This document shows, in pieces, positions 1 to 11,900 of a DNA stretch of 64,000 bases. Position numbers and translations under genes: made by a program. The notes under the pieces were generated by a model, which saw only the letters and a list, made by a program, of their open reading frames with translations, did no database searches and was not told the origin of the DNA. The stretch spans positions 21,270,848-21,334,847 of the forward strand of contig CM120643.1 of the NCBI GenBank assembly GCA_051362555.1, read 5' to 3'. Every line of letters starts with the position of its first letter. The first letter of the stretch is position 1. The DNA comes from Lingula anatina. Taxonomy: Eukaryota; Animalia; Brachiopoda.

Positions 1-30
1 CAATTATTTATTGTCTCATGGCTTTTCCAG

Positions 31-111
31 GATTATAAACCAAACCTCTGCCAAAAGAAATTTTGAAGACGAAAGGCCGCCGTCCGTCCCACAAATCACG
101 TATAATAAGGT

Positions 112-152
<41 letters not shown>

Positions 153-3100
153 AAGTCTTGCATCTTAATTTCAGAACACATTTGATGGATAAAAGATTTT
201 ACTAAGTGGTAGGCCAAAAGGATGAAAAATTGTCTCGAAACGGGAAAATATTAGATAAAAGCCATATTCACATTTTTTCGTACTAAACACAACACAGGGA
301 TACAAAACTTAACAGAATTAAAACTTAATGTGGAATATTTTTATCATTGTTATTTTTGAGTGCATATTAATCTTCTTTTGCTTTATTCATCAAAAAAGTA
401 TGTTATTGAGTGATAAAATATATCCAGTCTTCTATTTTGAGATATTTCGGTCAATAATGTCAAATTTGACATAAGATGTCATTCAAAAGAAGAGAACACC
501 CAAGAAAACCATATCAATAATTTGATATCAGTATTAACTTTAAGCTAAGATATTAAAGAACACGATAGCATCCGGACAGCGATATGTTACACAGTCAAAG
601 AACTCATTAGCCCACAGATTTTCAATTAGGTTCGTATCTGGGGAGATTGCAGGCCAGGGCAGTTGCTAAATCCCTTTGTTTTGAAGAAAGCAGTGATTCT
701 TCGAGCTCAATGTGGGGATGCATTGTCGTCTTGGTACACAAAGTTGTGCCTAAAGATGTGTCTTGCAAAGGGAAGCATTTTTTCTCTGTAGGAATTCTGG
801 TTGAGGTTGCCTTCTAGAAAAGCCAACTGGTTCTGGGCACCGGCATGAAATGCACCCCAAACCGAGACGCCACCACCCTCTGCTTGCATCCTAGGTAGTA
901 CACAGTCATCGTTATATGTCTCCTACGGATATGATTCGACCGTCAACCCTTTAAACTCCACACCTTGCCTCATCACTTAAAACGACATGATTCCAGTGGT
1001 TTGGCTGCAAACGCACGTGGTCCCAGCCCATTGCAGACGCCGTTGTATAGAACTGCTGTTGACAATGGTTTCCGTACTGGTCTTCGTGCAAAATAACCGA
1101 CTTGTAACAATCTCTCGTTCACGAGGGACCTTGAAACGGGGATTTGAATGACATTCTGCCACTCTCTTCTGAGGACACTGGTTGTCTTTGTACGACCAGT
1201 CTAAAGAGAAGGAGATCCTGTCTTCTTGTTGTGAAACGAGGACACCCTGGTCAGGTTCGCCTGTTGTAACATTTCTTTGGAGAACTTTATTAACGGTTCC
1301 CCGATAAATGTTAAATTGCCTGGCAATGGCTGCCTGTTTCTGGCCATTTTCTCCTACAGCAAGAATCCCATAGTATCTTCTCAAAGGTACCTGTCAAGTT
1401 TTTAGAGCGAACCATCTGTTGCTTCTCGAAATACACTCCAAAGACTGACCAAACCCATGCGTTTTTATACAAAGGCAGAAAAAGACCACCCCTCACATTT
1501 CTGACCACAGAACATACAACTGCATGCATCAATTGTTTCGAGAGTTGTGTTGTAATTAGGTAACACACCTGGCTGCATGGAGTGACACTTCAGTTTCGGA
1601 TTTGAATAATCAGAGAGAAAATAAATATTTTGTAGAAAATTTACTCGCCAAATAATAGTCTTCCGTATTAAGTATTAACCCTGTACTTGCCCTTGTCCAC
1701 CTCTCTGCCATATACAATAGATCAATACGACAATAGATCAAGTGTTCTGGCATACTACCTTACAGTGCTAACCTTAGTATACAAGAATGGAAATGAATGA
1801 AGAATAAAACTTAACTTTCAATTTCTTTAGGCTGCATTCGAAGCACAACTTTCTTATCCCGTCTCTGTTGTGAAAAACCTCACAGACGTATTGTTCCTCA
1901 ATATTCTTGGGATCCCGGCGGTTGACAGTATGGAATATGTGATGGTTGATCCGAATTTCACCAACGGAGCAGCAGCAATGCAGGTTAGATATACAGTATT
2001 TCAATAACATTGACCATAATAAAATATTTAACAAAGGCACTATTTTGCTTTATCAACGATAAAATCTTACCTAAGACTTTTAAGAAAAACGAATTTTGAA
2101 TAGTGCATTACGAATATGTGCATTCTTGCTTACCCAGATAAAAAAACGGAGTGGTCTGCAGCGTTTTTGAAAGGGCGTGCGCTGATTCGGCCACTTACTG
2201 TAGTGATCGCTCTGTATGAAGACCTAACCCTTCAGCATGCTGCAAGATTAGTACGTCACACCAATCTTTCAAAAATAAGTTTGATATGGACATAAGTGCC
2301 AATAGGTTGGGAGAGGGCACCGAAAGCACACCCTCTTAGACATGCTTGAATCAACAGTAAGCAAATCCTTGACGAAAACTCTTCTCCATCTTCAGGCGTT
2401 GTCGTTGCTGCTGAATAGAGTTTCCTACCTGAAGGGTATACAGCCAATGCAGGAGGGACTGTTTAGATGGTTTAAAGGCGCAGACTGTTTCCTCTGTCCA
2501 GCCTCGAAGTCACGATTTCGTGGTAAAAATGGGAAGCCTTACGAGTTTGAACATTATGTGTCTTTTCACAGTCACAGTCAACCAACCTCTACAATGGCAA
2601 TAATGCAGTTTAAGGCATTCGGAACAGCGGTATGTATTGTTCCGTGTCTTTAAGTCATGCTGGACGCGTTAATATAGCAATATTATTTTTAACAGGTGGA
2701 TATTGAGCTGACTGAATCGAAATGTAGCAAAGTATATAATTTCGGTTTTATATATGCATTAGGATCCCCATATACTTCTTTCTCATAGATACATACTGGT
2801 ACGCAGATAGCCACACATCTCATTATAACTAAATCGTTTTGATTTGTGATATATTTCATTTAGATTAAACATTATTCCTATTTAGTTTCGTCATGTTTGC
2901 CATTTTTAAGACGTCGTTTTCAAACAGTGAAAAATTATTTCCTATCCTTAATTCTGTCGCAGGCACTAGCAATTTGTCATTAAAAAGTGTAGAAGCCGGG
3001 CATAAATATGCAGATTTAATTTTGGTTCTAGGATTTTCTCAAATAGAGTTAGATACATAACACATGAAAAAAAGTAAAGTTAATAAATGTTGGTGGGCAA

Positions 3101-3822
3101 ACACGGGCGGTATTAGGAGATACCATTCCATACTAATTCGTATAAAGCAAAAGCAGTTGAACTTGGGCTCTCACAATGGCTAATATTACACTGAACAGGA
3201 GGGGGTGTGACAAAAATAGAAAGATATTTAAAAAAAGGCCTTGGTCTTCGTTTATTTACATAAAATACATTGCGTCTCCGCCCCATTTTGCTGACTTTTG
3301 AATCAAAATTAAAAGTTTGTCTTTATTTTTTTTTCTTCGACCTAACCCAGATCGTCAAAACTTTGACCACGTGTTAGTGCCAACAGTAATGTGTCAAAGC
3401 AGGCCAGTTCTCGATGCAATACTTGAAAAGCAACGTGCAATCTAAAAGTGGGTAGAAACCACATGTATGTGCCTGCGGAACACTTTTTTACTGATATTTG
3501 TAGCGCTTTTAGGAATACATTGTACATTATTGTGTTAATGGTCGCTCTTTATGTGCATATTATACTTGTTGGGTGATAGTCATTGTAAATGCACTATAGG
3601 TATACGATTTTTCAGCTTGTGGCGGAGTTGGATAAGCTTGGTCAGTACGGGCGACCTCACTGGGGAAAAGGACTTCACGTGTTCCCAGCCTTAAAGGAAC
3701 GCCTGAGGTCCAGTTACGGCGACAACTTGGATAAGTTTAAAACCGTCCGAAGAGAACTTGATCCTTCTGGGGTTTTCACCAACGTTTTCTTGAGAGAATT
3801 ATTTGATATTAACATACCTTGA
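31..3822 (+). CDS. FAD-linked oxidase, L-gulonolactone oxidase/ALO-like, paralog 1 (3' part only; exons 7-10)
   Basis: Exons 31-109, 1831-1983, 2396-2629 and 3616-3822 are bounded by AG/GT and match the lengths and phases of exons 7-10 in paralog 2 (79/153/234/207 nt). They encode ...SMEYVMVDPNF...LFRWFKGADCFLCP...GRPHWGK...ELDPSGVFTNVFL, the ALO C-terminal domain signature (HWGK, DPxGxFxN). The 5' exons lie upstream of the window. Confidence 0.88.
114..149. repeat. (TG)n microsatellite at the exon-7 donor of paralog 1
   Basis: Direct inspection: gtaagtgtgtgtg... of about 18 units. Confidence 0.95.
313..1683 (-). mobile_element. Degenerate Tc1/mariner (Tc1-like) DNA transposon in intron 7 of paralog 1
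   Basis: Frameshifted transposase pieces on the minus strand: HTH QAAIARQFNIYRGTVNKVLQR (~1280-1384), GGGVSVWGAF...VYQDDNASPH (707-889) and LPWPAISPDTNLIENLW (~612-662). Imperfect ~25-bp TIRs (cagaattaaaacttaatgtggaa / ttccgtattaagtattaaccctg) are flanked by TA. The empty site aaaactTActtgcc is present in paralog 2 at 14037. Confidence 0.88.
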
Positions 3823-4695
3823 TTGAAAGGGCCGACGGACATGTCAGTGAGTAAAATCCGCGTAGTTATCAGTTCCTGAAAATCACACAAATATACCCAT
3901 AAGCTATCCAGCATACTGACTCAAAACACACATTTGTATCGTCATTTCTGATACATGTACATATGCCATTGTCGCTCGAGCTGTTTTGCTGTAGAAACCG
4001 GCGAAATGGTATAAAAATTACTTCAGCTAGAGCCTAACAAATGGAACCGTTTGCCCTCCGAAACACCAAAAATTTTCAGGGCCCTGGAGTGGGTCCCTAA
4101 TCCCACGCCAAGGGAGCAAGGGTCGGATATTCATCCGATGCTTGTCATTCGTTAACCCCCCCACCCCCTTCAAAAAAACCCGGATCAGCCCATGAACGTT
4201 ATACAGCACCATACACAGTTTGATTTCAAAACTTTGAATCTACTGCATACTAAAAGATACATTACACAGTGCTTTAAATGGAGTTAATTATTTTTAAAAC
4301 TATAAGGGTATACCACTTTATTATGTGTACATTGTCAGCAGCCCGTTTTGCTGCATGTTATGCACCAATAAATTTTAATAATCACTTAACGATTTTTTAT
4401 TTCATTTTCTTGTCACTGTGTGATTTTATAAACATTTTTATTTATCCTGAAGTCTCAAGGGCTCAAATGTGCAGAGAAATCAAATTCATCGCCTTACCAC
4501 TACATCCAACATAATAACAGTTAGCAAATAAGGAATGATTGTGACGGCCTTTTCGTGCTATATACCGTATAGCTAAAAAAAAACACGACTATTGGTACGC
4601 GTATGATCGGTAACTGATTTAATTCTCGTAAAATTACCATCCGCCCCCTTCCTTATGAATAGGTATTACTTTATTAATACAATGCAACCGTCGTG

Positions 4696-4850
4696 TAGCC
4701 GCATGTTAGAAGACAATGTTTGAATACGCACAGCAGTAGGAGGCCGCTACCCCTTCCCAGCAAGGAGTCAACTAAGCCGCAGGTTAGAAGACAATGCGTG
4801 ATTACTCACAGCAGTAGGAGGCCGCTACCGCTCCCCAGCAAGGAGTCAAC
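4696..4850. repeat. Two-copy ~77-bp direct tandem repeat
   Basis: Unit agccgcaNgttagaagacaatg...cacagcagtaggaggccgctacc...cccagcaaggagtcaac occurs at 4696-4772 and 4773-4850. Confidence 0.9.
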
Positions 4851-5793
4851 ACAGCAGCGCGTAACCCGGGCTTAATTAGGGGTTATTAGCTGTCCACTTA
4901 TGATCGGTATTGTTCGTCTTGATTGCAGCACACTTCCTACTCACTATTGGTTCGACCGCCTCTTCTTTAAATGCTCTCTCAAAACTTTCCTCAGTCAGCC
5001 GAGAATGGAAACACGTTTATCTGCCGATAAACTACGTCGTTGATGTATTATTCGGCATCATTCTACAGTGGGTCATAAGGCTCTATCTATGATTTTTTTT
5101 TCGTCTCGCATTTTACCAGATTAAGCTGACGCTCGAAAACTAAATTTAATGAATAATTTTCTCACGTGCACCGTATCCAGCTAATTTTACGACAATAACT
5201 ACCACGGCACCTCCGCCATTTGCAATTGTAGACGAACCACGTGTTTCCAACTGATAGGCCAATACAACTATACCAGGCCCATTGTACGAGAAAAGACCGT
5301 TTATATTTAATGAATTAAAAAACATTTGAGGATTGCGATTTTCTATTGATATACTATCGATGGTATCCCTGTATTAAATCATAGTGTAGCATGACTCGTA
5401 TCACAAGATGGCCTTAGAAATGAAGTAGGCCTAAGACAGGCCTACACTCTGATAGTTTTTAGTCTATTATTAACCCTAATGTCGTTGCTTGTCATTCATT
5501 CTAGAACTCTCTGAGCCATCGCAAAGTTATTTGCCGGGACATTTAAAGGCTACTTCTTAACGGATTTTTTTTTTTATTTGCACTGAGTCCAAAATGTTCG
5601 AGGACGTCTCTGTCATTATCGCCGTTTCTCGGACGCAGTCCCAGACAAAGGATCGGAAAGTTTCTAAATAAAAGAACTTATAAATGCTGCCACTAGCCAT
5701 CCTTATTGTTCCTAAGTAAAGAGAGGCGATAATGATCTGTTCTTTCTTCTAGCTTAGTCTGTCGACTAAAATGAACAAGGTTAGGCCTACAAT

Positions 5794-6880
5794 GCAACCA
5801 CCTATTATCACGACCATTAATGAGGTTCTTTGCTACACTCCCTTTCTTCATGATCGCGAAACCAGTGGGGTGCTGTGTTTTAAATATATAAAAAAGGGTC
5901 TCGCGAGGTGAAGCTATAATAATGAACTAAAAAAATCCAATGAATAGGCCTATCTAATAAACCATGAAGCACGTAGTCTAGTCCTCTTCTTTGACCGACA
6001 TCACATTTTTACATTCTTTGTTTTAATAAGAGGACGAACGTGGTCTAATATGTCTTTTGGTGGTGATTTTGCTCGAAGTAGCGGAGTCAAGTAAATCGGT
6101 GATTTACCGTTGGTAAGAGTAGCAATCATCGCTCCTGCGTCCTCATAGATTACTTTCTAATCACCCGTAATTAACGCAGTCAGGAATAAGCGCTCAAATA
6201 GGGGTTTTTGTATCAGGGAAAATTTTAGTATTAATCTTATGTTATTATGTATCTGTATTATGTAATCATGTAACTCATTTTCCCAAGGCAACCACCAATT
6301 ATGACGACCATTAATGAAGTTCTCTGCTACACTCTCTCCTCATGATCACTTGCTCGATCGTGAAACCCTGGAGGTGTTGTATATATATTTGGGGTAGTTT
6401 ACTATAGCATGCTACACTCTCCTCATGATCAGCTGTTCGATCGTGAAATCTGGAGTGAAACCCATGGTTTATCTAACAATGGTTTAAATAAATAAAAAGG
6501 GTGTCACGGAGGTGAAGCTGCTTAACTCATAAGAATAATGAACGAAAAAATACGATGAACATTTAATAAACCACGAAGCACGTATGTTTTGACCGTTATC
6601 GCCTTTTTTTACATAAGATGTCTCAACAAGAAGGCAGATGTAGTCCAATTTGTCTTTTGTTGGTGATTCTGCTTCAGGTGGCTGAGATTAGTTGATCGGT
6701 GATGCACCGTTGGTAAGAGTAGCAATCATCACTCCTGCGTTCTAACGGATTACTTTCCAACCCCCCATAATTAACGCAGCCAGGAATAGGCGCTGAAATA
6801 TGGGGTATTAAATCAGGAATTAATTTTTGTAATTATGTATCCGTAAAATAAGAATCGTAACATTATCACGTATTTTTCCT
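5794..6880. repeat. Diverged tandem duplication of a ~500-600-bp intergenic unit
   Basis: Units start gcaaccacc at 5794 and 6288. The cores 6061-6200 and 6661-6800 align without gaps, with 25 mismatches in 140 nt by manual count. Confidence 0.88.
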
Positions 6881-8870
6881 GATGGAAAATATCATAATTT
6901 ATGCACACTGATCGAATTATAAAAAAATCTCCAGATGTAAACAAAGGTCAGTCAAGTATCACTCATCCCAGGCTGCAGGGCAGATATAGAGAATTGAATG
7001 AAGCGCCAGTGATCTGGCAACCCTACAAATTTGTCATAATGATTCATGGGCAAACAATAGAAGCATGAAATTAACACCTTTTACAGTGTGAATGACGACA
7101 CCTTATGAGGCTTTTGTTTCTTCCCCTGGGTTGTTATTACAAAGTAAGTATGTTGACGTAAGTGTGTTGACTTTTGCGTGTTCAAAGGAACAATGGAAAT
7201 ATCATTTCAAAACAAAGAGCCACATTTCCCTACTTAGGTGGCCAAAATATTGTCAATGAAACGCAAAAAAGACAAAATCACCAGCTGTTACTGACTGAGT
7301 CTAACTCAAATGCAAAAAGGTACGCACAGCGACAAAGCGCTATTGTAAACAATGACCCGACGATGAGATTAATAAGATGTATAAAATGACTATTTGTACT
7401 ATAAAACTGTACCCCTGCCCCTACTTGTATATTATTACATACACAAGGCCACCCTATACCAGAGTTACAGATTGATTTTTCATTACACAGTCTCTTGCAC
7501 TGAAGAAAAATACTCATAATTAATTTGCGGCCCTAGTAGAGGGTCTTCTCTCGCTTTCTCTCAAATCAAAATAAACTAGCAAACATGAAAATTGGCAAGA
7601 TGTATTAGAATGTAAAGTGTTGCGAACCCTTTAAACAAGGTGAATGGTAATATGCACGTTTAGACAAATTTTAATTTTAATTTCAATTAAATTTAATTTT
7701 AATTAAAATTGATATTACCAAAATTAGTAAATGTCGTTTGCGTCATGTATCAATATTTTTGCGCATAATAGTACCTACGTTATAAACATTCAGCAAAGAT
7801 ATTTGGAAGGCCGCTCTTTTGTTGTTTATATCAAAGGAAAACTATTTGATACCCATCGTATCAATCATTATACCATGATAAGAGATTAGCATACTAATTT
7901 ATGTCCCCAGTAATAATAACTTTAACAATAACAACAAACCTCCCTACTGTGCTTTCCGTTGCAAATACAATTAGCCACGACTGTTTTATATATTAATAGA
8001 TATTTTTTAATAATGACAATTTCAAAATCTTCAAAAGTACTGACAGGGACACGAACTACCGTCGGATAGGTTGCAGAGGACTCAACGACGTTAACCGTTG
8101 TTCCACCAATTCTATTGTTCACGCATGCAGATATCGACAGCTCTGTATTGCCGCGCATGCCGAAGCTTTGCGGAAATTGCCGAAGGCTAGGAAAATTCTT
8201 CAAAATATACTTTTATTATATTTAATCAAATCCAGACTATCTCCCACTGCCCTGAGGTATGGCTAAAGGCTTTCAGTTGTCATCAGACTTTGTAATTTGG
8301 GAGAAAAAAGTGAAACAGTAACTTCTGGTGATGAATAATAGGTAATAGTGCTGCAAGGTGTTGTTTTTTATCCCTGATGTACGAGTAGCTTTTTCTACAG
8401 TTTCTATAATTCTCTTAACGTATGAAAATATGCAGGTTTTCTGATATAATAAGACTTTGATAAAATCAAAACCAATAATACTTTTAAAGTCGAGAGTCGG
8501 GATAAATATCGGCAAGGTGGAGATATGTCCCGCCGGCGCTTCCGCAACAGCAAGACTGAAGGACGCAAGTTACAAAGCAAAACATGTTTAGTCAAGTTAA
8601 AGACTTAATTACCGGTTTAACTTCGGCGGCAGTGCCTACTGCTGTGAGCAACATGCGCTGTCCATCGTAATCCCCCTAGCTATCATTAACTCTGTCGGGG
8701 ACGTGCGCATTAGCGCGTCTGATGTAGACAGCGTGTGCTATTAAAGTGACCGGGGACTTATTAGCTAAAGTGTACATATTAAAATTGGTCAATAGCAGTT
8801 ATACATGACAACTGTTCAAAGAAAAAATGAGCATGCCCCATAGAAATTACGCAACAAAACCTTACGTGTG

Positions 8871-8903
8871 CACATTATTTTGTCACTCTCTGTTTTGTGT
8901 ACA
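8871..8903 (+). promoter_or_regulatory. Conserved upstream motif shared by paralogs 2 and 3 (promoter element or 5'-UTR splice acceptor)
   Basis: cacattattttgtcactctctgttttgtgtaca (paralog 2) vs cacattatttcgtcacgctctgtttgtgcaca (~18514-18545, paralog 3), each ~50-100 nt upstream of the ATG within otherwise diverged flanks. Confidence 0.4.
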
Positions 8904-8974
8904 GACGATGACCTAAGATAGGTCATACACATTTATATGCGTCTTCTACAGTAGATTAAAAAAGGCTGTGGAAG

Positions 8975-11900
8975 ATGGTGTCCCCGCCGATTTCCTGTCT
9001 GTATGCCTGTCTGCTGTTTAATCCAGGTAAAATATTGGGTGGATTAGCTATAATATAATGAAGTAGATTTTGTGATGTAATAGATGTCATTTAGATAGAA
9101 CTTTGAGAAACCAGACAAGATACTCGTGCTGGGACTACTGAAGTATATAGTGTTCAGTTTTTACACCGTAAACGGCCTTATCAAGGTCATGAAGAACACA
9201 TATGGGGAGCAAGGAGCAATGTGGAGCATTTTGTAATATTGAGCGTTCAAAGACTCCCAGAGAGGTGAAATTTAAAAAAAACATGTTCAAAAACTTATGC
9301 ACAATTAAGCCAGATATTCTTCTTATAACACAGGTGAAAATGTACTGAACATGGGGTGAAGGTTCCGTAATGCAGAAAGGGGCAGCTGAAATTATGCAAC
9401 CCCCCCTCCCCCCCCCCCTCCCCCCCTCCCTTGACGACCGGAAAATATGATTAACGAACCAGCTGGGTACGTGGAGCATGCTCATGGGTTCCCTCTGAGT
9501 TAACGTGTGACCTCTAAGGGGTCCGGTGTATATCCGTCTGTTTGGTTTGGATAGAGACAGACCGAGTGCCGGTCCGGAGACAGACTGGTTAAAAGACGTT
9601 CAACACCCATGGCTGCCATATGTTTACAGTAGATATTCTTTACAGTTTGGCACATTTACATGTAGTATTAGTAATGCGGGACTGTGTTATGTTTAGAGTT
9701 ATCTTAAAGTAGAACAATGGAGTTGTCTGTGACAAGAGAAACGTAAATGCGAAAAATATACCTGGTTACTCCACCGGTGTGATCCGATTTTACCTTTAAC
9801 ACTAAGGGTCATCTTTGGTAAACTTTATCTGTTTATTCACTGCGAAACCACCTTATGAGAACAAACGGGAGAACGCACGAGAACAGCAAAAAGTACACTG
9901 ACCTCTTTTAGCAAATGAAAAACGAAGCTCCGCAGCAAAAATTGACTTACTCTGATCCCAAAAAGGTTGATACACCCTTGTCGGCGGACCAATATTGAAA
10001 ATGCAATAAAATACTATTAATATTTAAGGTAAATTCTCCATCAGTGTAAAAAAAATCAAAATTTAAAGTATATGTACAGCCTTCAATGGGCAACAACTGC
10101 ATCTGTAGAATGATATTAAGATATAATCTCCGTGTTGAGTACTTTACTCGTAGGCTACATGTAAAGTTTTGCAAATTTTTTTTCTAATTGAATATTCAGG
10201 CTTTTTGCATTGGATAAATTTATTAAGTTACTCTTGTAAAGTGTCCTGAATGTTTTAATCCATCTTATACTTTAAATAAAATGTATAATATTATTATATT
10301 AAATTAGATATTGCGACGACTCCTCAGTTGCTCCTAATACAGACATGCCTTCAGGATTTTATTGGTCCATCGCCAACGGTCCTACTAGAGCCGTTCTCTA
10401 ACTGGCAAGATTTAGTCACTTATGATCACGTGTTCGTGACTAAACCGAGGACAGCTGAGGAGGTAGAGAAAAGCAATTTTTTACTCAAAATAATGTTGTG
10501 GCAAATAACCTTTTTTGCAATTTTTAAGTGTTACAAATGTAGTTTTTGAGTGCTTTTCGTTTTGATTGAGAGATGTTTGAAATTGAAAAATTGTCGTCTC
10601 CTCGGATGGAAAATGAAGGAAAATGCTAAATTATAGCGTATTTTCCGAACAATAAAATCTTTAAATCTAAATCTAATGGCAGTAACAGTGAATTTAGTTT
10701 GTAGATACAGAGAACTGTTTCTGCTGCTGCAACTTGTGGGATACAAGTGCGAGCCGTGGGCAGTGCACATACCGTCGATCAAGTTTGGGGTGGCAGAGGA
10801 CATGTCCATATTAACATGTCCGAGTTGACCCTAGAAGGAGGAAAGAGAGTGATCATGCAGCCCGAGGTATGTGTTGTTTCTCTGATGATGTAAGCATATG
10901 CTGTACATGTAGGTCTATTTCAATTTCAATTCTTCGAATTATGATTTTTATTATTATTATTATTTAAATGACGGAAAATGCATTTCCGATCATATTGATA
11001 GACTATTACAGATTGCAGGTAAAACTGTCGCTTCCGTGAAAGTTGCAGCAGGTGTCACCCAAGCAGAGTTGAACTACGAGCTCGCCAAGTACGGCTATGT
11101 CTTTCATCTGGGGCCACTCATTGGAGAAGCGACGATAGGGGGAGCCGTTGCAACTTCAGCACATGTATGATAGGTTTAACAATACGTTTTAGTTCTTTTC
11201 CGTCGTGAATTCACAAAATAGGCAAATTTGCTTTACAAATGCTACAAATGTTACTTTTAAAAATACATCTCCGTTATCTCTGTGTGTCCTCTCATGTTTT
11301 AGATAAACATTCCTCTGTTTCTTTATAACTAATTAAAGATTGGGATTCAAACCGTGCACATTGTTCATCAATTGTGTGAATGCGTGTGTGTGCGCGCTTG
11401 TGTGGGTTTGTGAGAGAGGAGGGAGCATGAGTGTGTTCCAAATTCAAGTTGTGATTTAATCCCGTTTTCCGAATCTCTTTGGCAAAGGCGAGATTCGAGC
11501 CCGAATATGCAAATCACCCAACTCAGCATTAGAAATAATATTAAAACCGCATTACTTTCTACAGATATACACATATATTGCAGTTGCACTTACTATGAAA
11601 TCCTGCCACCTTGGATCGGAAACCTCCCTAGCTGTGTTTGAAGTTCTGCGCGAGTTATTTAATTATTTTTTTTTTTCATTTTGTTGCCATCTTAGAATGG
11701 ATTCTACCATGAACCGTCGATAGGTGGCTACATGACGCGAGTGAAGCTCGTTGATGGACGTGGGGATATAAGAGAATTCAACCAAAACTCAGATGCGAAT
11801 GTATTGAAAGCGTTAAGATGCCACTTAGGACTGCTTGGAATTTTGTTTGAAATTCAACTGGAAGTAAGTGAAAAGATGAAAAGGCATCATTTGTTAGGTA

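Noticed and set aside
1735-1830. Conserved intron-7 3' segment (IKCSGILPY / INCSGLLSY in paralogs 1-3) as an extra exon
   Set aside because: Paralog 3 lacks the AG acceptor, candidate donors are phase 1 (incompatible with phase-0 exon 8), and in-frame stops follow. It is best explained as residual intron homology.
4696-4850. Tandem repeats here and at 44346-44602 as CRISPR-like arrays
   Set aside because: Units are contiguous with no unique spacers, there are no cas genes, and the context is eukaryotic.
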